Positions 59,601 to 64,000 of a DNA stretch of 64,000 nt are shown in pieces (position 1 is the first letter of the stretch; the number at the start of each line of letters is the position of its first letter). This stretch comes from Paraphysomonas bandaiensis (lineage: Eukaryota; Protista; Chrysophyceae). Location of the stretch: NCBI GenBank assembly GCA_965644295.1, contig CBFFRP010000608.1, positions 35,318 through 99,317 of the forward strand. Direction: 5' to 3'. Made by a program: the position numbers and the translations under genes. The notes beneath the pieces were generated by a model. That model saw nothing but the letters and a program-made list of their open reading frames with translations, did not search any database and had not been told where the DNA came from.

Positions 59601-60092
59601 TTCATCGCGGAATCTCTCAAAAATTAATTGCAACATCATATCCACCACATAGTCCACATGCTGCCCCGTAAGAGTAGATAGCTCACAAAACTTAGCTGAT
59701 ACCGACCTAGCGACTTCCATCCCCTCAGACACAGACACAGTTCGCCAATACTCCATATCGATCTTGTTCCCAACGAGGAGTTTAAAGGGGCTGTTGGGCA
59801 CACACAGCGACTCTAACAGACGACAAGCAGCAGACAGAGACGAGCTGTCAGTGACGTCATAGACGACAACAACCGCATCATATCTATCTGCTGTGTCTCC
59901 CTCATAGAGATGAACCACTCCTGTTACATCCTCAGAACTCAAGAGAGAGCCAGTGACATACCTCAACACATCCAACACACTCTCTATGAGAGAACTCTTA
60001 CCAACACCACACGAACCAACCACCAGCACACTAACAGGAACACTCGCACTGAAAAAACCTTCAACAGTACTTCTCAACGCCGACTCATCCAT
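56655..60092 (-). CDS. Rab/Ras-like GTPase + R-SNARE + multi-pass membrane protein, ~1090 aa (exons 60092-59330, 59269-58532, 58426-56655)
   Basis: G1 GSCGVGKS, degenerate G3 DTADRY, G4 GNKID, G5-like ELST; synaptobrevin-type heptad NIDKLMDR..LDDL...SNDLE.QA..FY; ~11 hydrophobic segments. Both GT-AG introns are phase 1 and join the three ORFs in frame. Confidence 0.8.
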
Positions 60093-60128
60093 CTCACACT
60101 CAACAACAACAACCATAATGAAATATCC

Positions 60129-63100
60129 TACATACATACATACATACATACATACATACATACATACATACATACATACATACATACATACATACATACA
60201 TACATACATACATACATACATACATACATACATACATACATACATACATACATACATACATACATACATACATACATACATACATACATACATACATACA
60301 TACATACATACATACATACATACATACATACATACATACATACATACATACATACATACATACATACATACATACATACATACATACATACATACATACA
60401 TACATACATACATACATACATACATACATACATACATACATACATACATACATACATACATACATACATACATACATACATACATACATACATACATACA
60501 TACATACATACATACATACATACAAACATACATACATACATACATACATACATACATACATACATACATACATACATACATACATACATACATACATACA
60601 TACATACATACATCCATACATACATACATACATACATACATACATACATACATACATACATACATACATACATACATACATACATACATACATACATACA
60701 TACATACATACATACATACATACATACATACATACATACATACATACATACATACATACATACATACATACATACATACATACATACATACATACATACA
60801 TACATACATACATACATACATACATACATACATACATACATACATACATACATACATACATACATACATACATACATACATACATACATACATACATACA
60901 TACATACATACATACATACATACATACATACATACATACATACATACATACATACATACATACATACATACATACATACATACATACATACATACATACA
61001 TACATACATACATACATACATACATACATACATACATACATACATACATACATACATACATACATACATACATACATACATACATACATACATACATACA
61101 TACATACATACATACATACATACATACATACATACATACATACATACATACATACATACATACATACATACATACATACATACATACATACATACATACA
61201 TACATACATACATACATACATACATACATACATACATACATACATACATACATACATACATACATACATACATACATACATACATACATACATACATACA
61301 TACATACATACATACATACATACATACATACATACATACATACATACATACATACATACATACATACATACATACATACATACATACATACATACATACA
61401 TACATACGTACATACATACATACATACGTACATACATACATACATACATACATACATACGTACATACATACATACATACATACATACATACATACATACA
61501 TACATACATACATACATACATACATACATACATACGTACATACATACATACGTACATACATACATACGTACGTACATACATACGTACATACATACATACA
61601 TACATACATACGTACGTACATACATACATACATACGTACATACATACATACGTACGTACGTACATACGTACGTACATACATACGTACATACATACATACA
61701 TACGTACGTACATACGTACGTACGTACATACGTACGTACATACGTACGTACGTACGTACATACGTACATACGTACGTACATACATGCATACGTACATACG
61801 TACATACATACGTACGTACGTACGTACATACATACGTACGTACGTACATACGTACGTACATACGTACATGCGTACGTACGTACGTACGTACGTACGTACG
61901 TACGTACGTACGTACGTACGTACGTACGTACGTACGTACGTACGTACATACGTACGTACGTACGTACGTACGTACGTACGTACGTACGTACGTACGTACG
62001 TGCATGCGTACGTACGTACGTACGTACGTACGTACGTACGTACGTACGTACGTACGTGCGTACGTACGTACGTACGTGCATGCGTACGTACGTACGTACG
62101 TACGTACGTACGTACATGCGTACGTACGTACGTACGTACGTACGTACGTGCGTACGTACGTACGTACGTACGTGCGTACGTACGTACGTACGTACGTACG
62201 TGCGTACGTACGTACGTACGTACGTACGTACGTACGTGCGTACGTACGTGCGTACGTACGTGCGTGCGTGCGTACGTACGTACGTACGTACGTACGTACG
62301 TACGTACGTACGTACGTACGTACGTGCGTACGTGCGTACGTACGTACGTACATGCGTACGTGCATGCGTACGTACGTACGTGCGTACGTACATGCGTGCA
62401 TGCGTACGTGCGTGCGTGCGTGCGTACGTACGTGCATGCGTACGTACGTGCGTACGTACGTACGTACGTGCGTACGTGCATGCGTACGTACGTGCGTGCG
62501 TACGTGCGTGCATGCGTACGTACGTACGTACGTACATGCGTACGTACGTGCGTACGTACGTACATGCGTGCGTACGTACGTACGTACGTACGTACGTACG
62601 TACGTACATACGTACATACATACGTACATACGTACGTACGTACATACATACGTACATACGTACGTACGTACGTACGTACATACATACATACATACGTACA
62701 TACATACATACATACATACATACATACATACATACATACATACATACATACATACATCCATACATACATACATACAAACATACATACATACATACATACA
62801 TACATACATACATACATACATACATACATACATACATACATACATACATACATACATACATACATACATACATACATACATACATACATACATACATACA
62901 TACAAACATACATACATACATACATACATACATACATACATACATACATACATACATACATACATACATACATACATACATACATACATACATACATACA
63001 TACATACATACATACATACATACATACATACATACATACATACATACATACATACATACACACATACATACATACATACATACATACATACATACATACA

Positions 63101-63216
63101 TACATACATACATACATACATACATACATACATACATACATACATACATACATACATACATACATACATACATACATACATACATACATACATACATACA
63201 TACATACGTACATACA

Positions 63217-63250
<34 letters not shown>

Positions 63251-63257
63251 CATACAT
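60129..63257. repeat. 3.1-kb compound microsatellite: (TACA)n flanks around a TACG/TGCG/TGCA core (~61400-62700)
   Basis: Read directly. Confidence 0.98.
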
Positions 63258-63345
63258 GCGTCATGGATGTTCATATGGAAGATGTGTTGTGATATTGTTC
63301 GATCGTCGAGTTCATTGTTCGTGCCAATTGTTTTCATATGGTGGT

Positions 63346-64000
63346 ATGAGTGGCTCAGTGCTCGTAGTGTTGTGTGTGTATAGTTTGCTATCTGCGCATG
63401 TAGCGTATGAGTCTGTGAGTGGTGTCGTGAGAGGCTCTCAGTGTAATCATAACTATGCCACAAGGGAGGGCGTAGAGGCATACTTCACTGGTGTGGATCG
63501 AATATACGGAGACTCTCATGCAGAGGGCGTGTGTGTTGATGATAACAAGAGGTGTGGGTGGAGTCCTCCAAGAAGAGATCTGCCTCTGCTTGTGTTCGCA
63601 GTGGGTCTGGAGGGATCCGGACATCAGATGTTTCAGTACTTGTTTTCTGGTGTCGTTGACTGTGTTATGGTGTGTATTATGGGCTGTATTTATTTTTGTG
63701 GGTATAACTATTACATACAGAAGGAGTCTCCGCACTATGTGGAAAATGCCAAGCAAAGTGATACTGTGCCATTTAAGCGCCGGTCGAGAATGCGACCAAG
63801 TCCTCCTCAGCCACCTTTTCCTCATGCGACATCGGAGGTCCTTGGAGAACGTCTGGTGGAAGCCTATAATGCAGAAGGTATGAATTCCCCTGGAGGACAG
63901 TGCAGGTTGTAGAGTCTACATTGCAGGGTATTACCCCTGATATATATTGCGCAGAACGATATACGATGGACTCAACTCCTTCCCGCAGCAATGCGTATCA
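63346..64000 (+). CDS. Second VGxEGSGH sulfotransferase-fold paralog, 5' part (runs off the window; intron 63670-63720)
   Basis: Signal peptide MSGSVLVVLCVYSLL; C..GW...DLPLLVFAVGLEGSGHQ..DCV; later YDGLNSFP; first intron in the same position as in the 35914 gene. Confidence 0.75.

Noticed and set aside
59910-63481. Very long YIHT/MYVC/YVRT ORFs, also at ~800-1330, 29960-31220, 36030-36400 and 39090-40730
   Set aside because: TACA and TACG repeats have no stop codon in any frame, so these are read-throughs of microsatellites. Only their non-repeat tails belong to real genes.
1-64000. tRNA, rRNA, snRNA genes or telomeric repeats
   Set aside because: None recognised by eye; a tRNAscan-SE or Infernal run would be needed to exclude them.

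Overview
Gene-dense, intron-containing eukaryotic nuclear DNA with short GT-AG introns of about 50-150 nt. The gene repertoire (PT-repeat/RRxLQ surface protein, FDxDDTL HAD protein, alpha-kinase, PH-domain formin) suggests a unicellular protist, probably a stramenophile; this is inference. About 19 protein-coding genes can be supported, mostly as alternating head-to-head and tail-to-tail pairs. Five (TACA)n arrays (about 6.1 kb, roughly 10% of the window) lie within about 40-180 bp of start codons, four of them between divergent gene pairs. Mobile DNA sits in 3' intergenic gaps: an intact 5.5-kb Copia LTR retrotransposon, two hAT derivatives with 8-bp TSDs, and five copies of a hairpin-rich ~500-bp repeat. 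The most unusual item is a three-exon minus-strand gene (56655-60092) whose predicted splices join a Rab/Ras-like GTPase domain, an R-SNARE motif and a ~11-pass membrane region into one ~1090-aa protein. All calls were made by eye from motifs; no searches were run.
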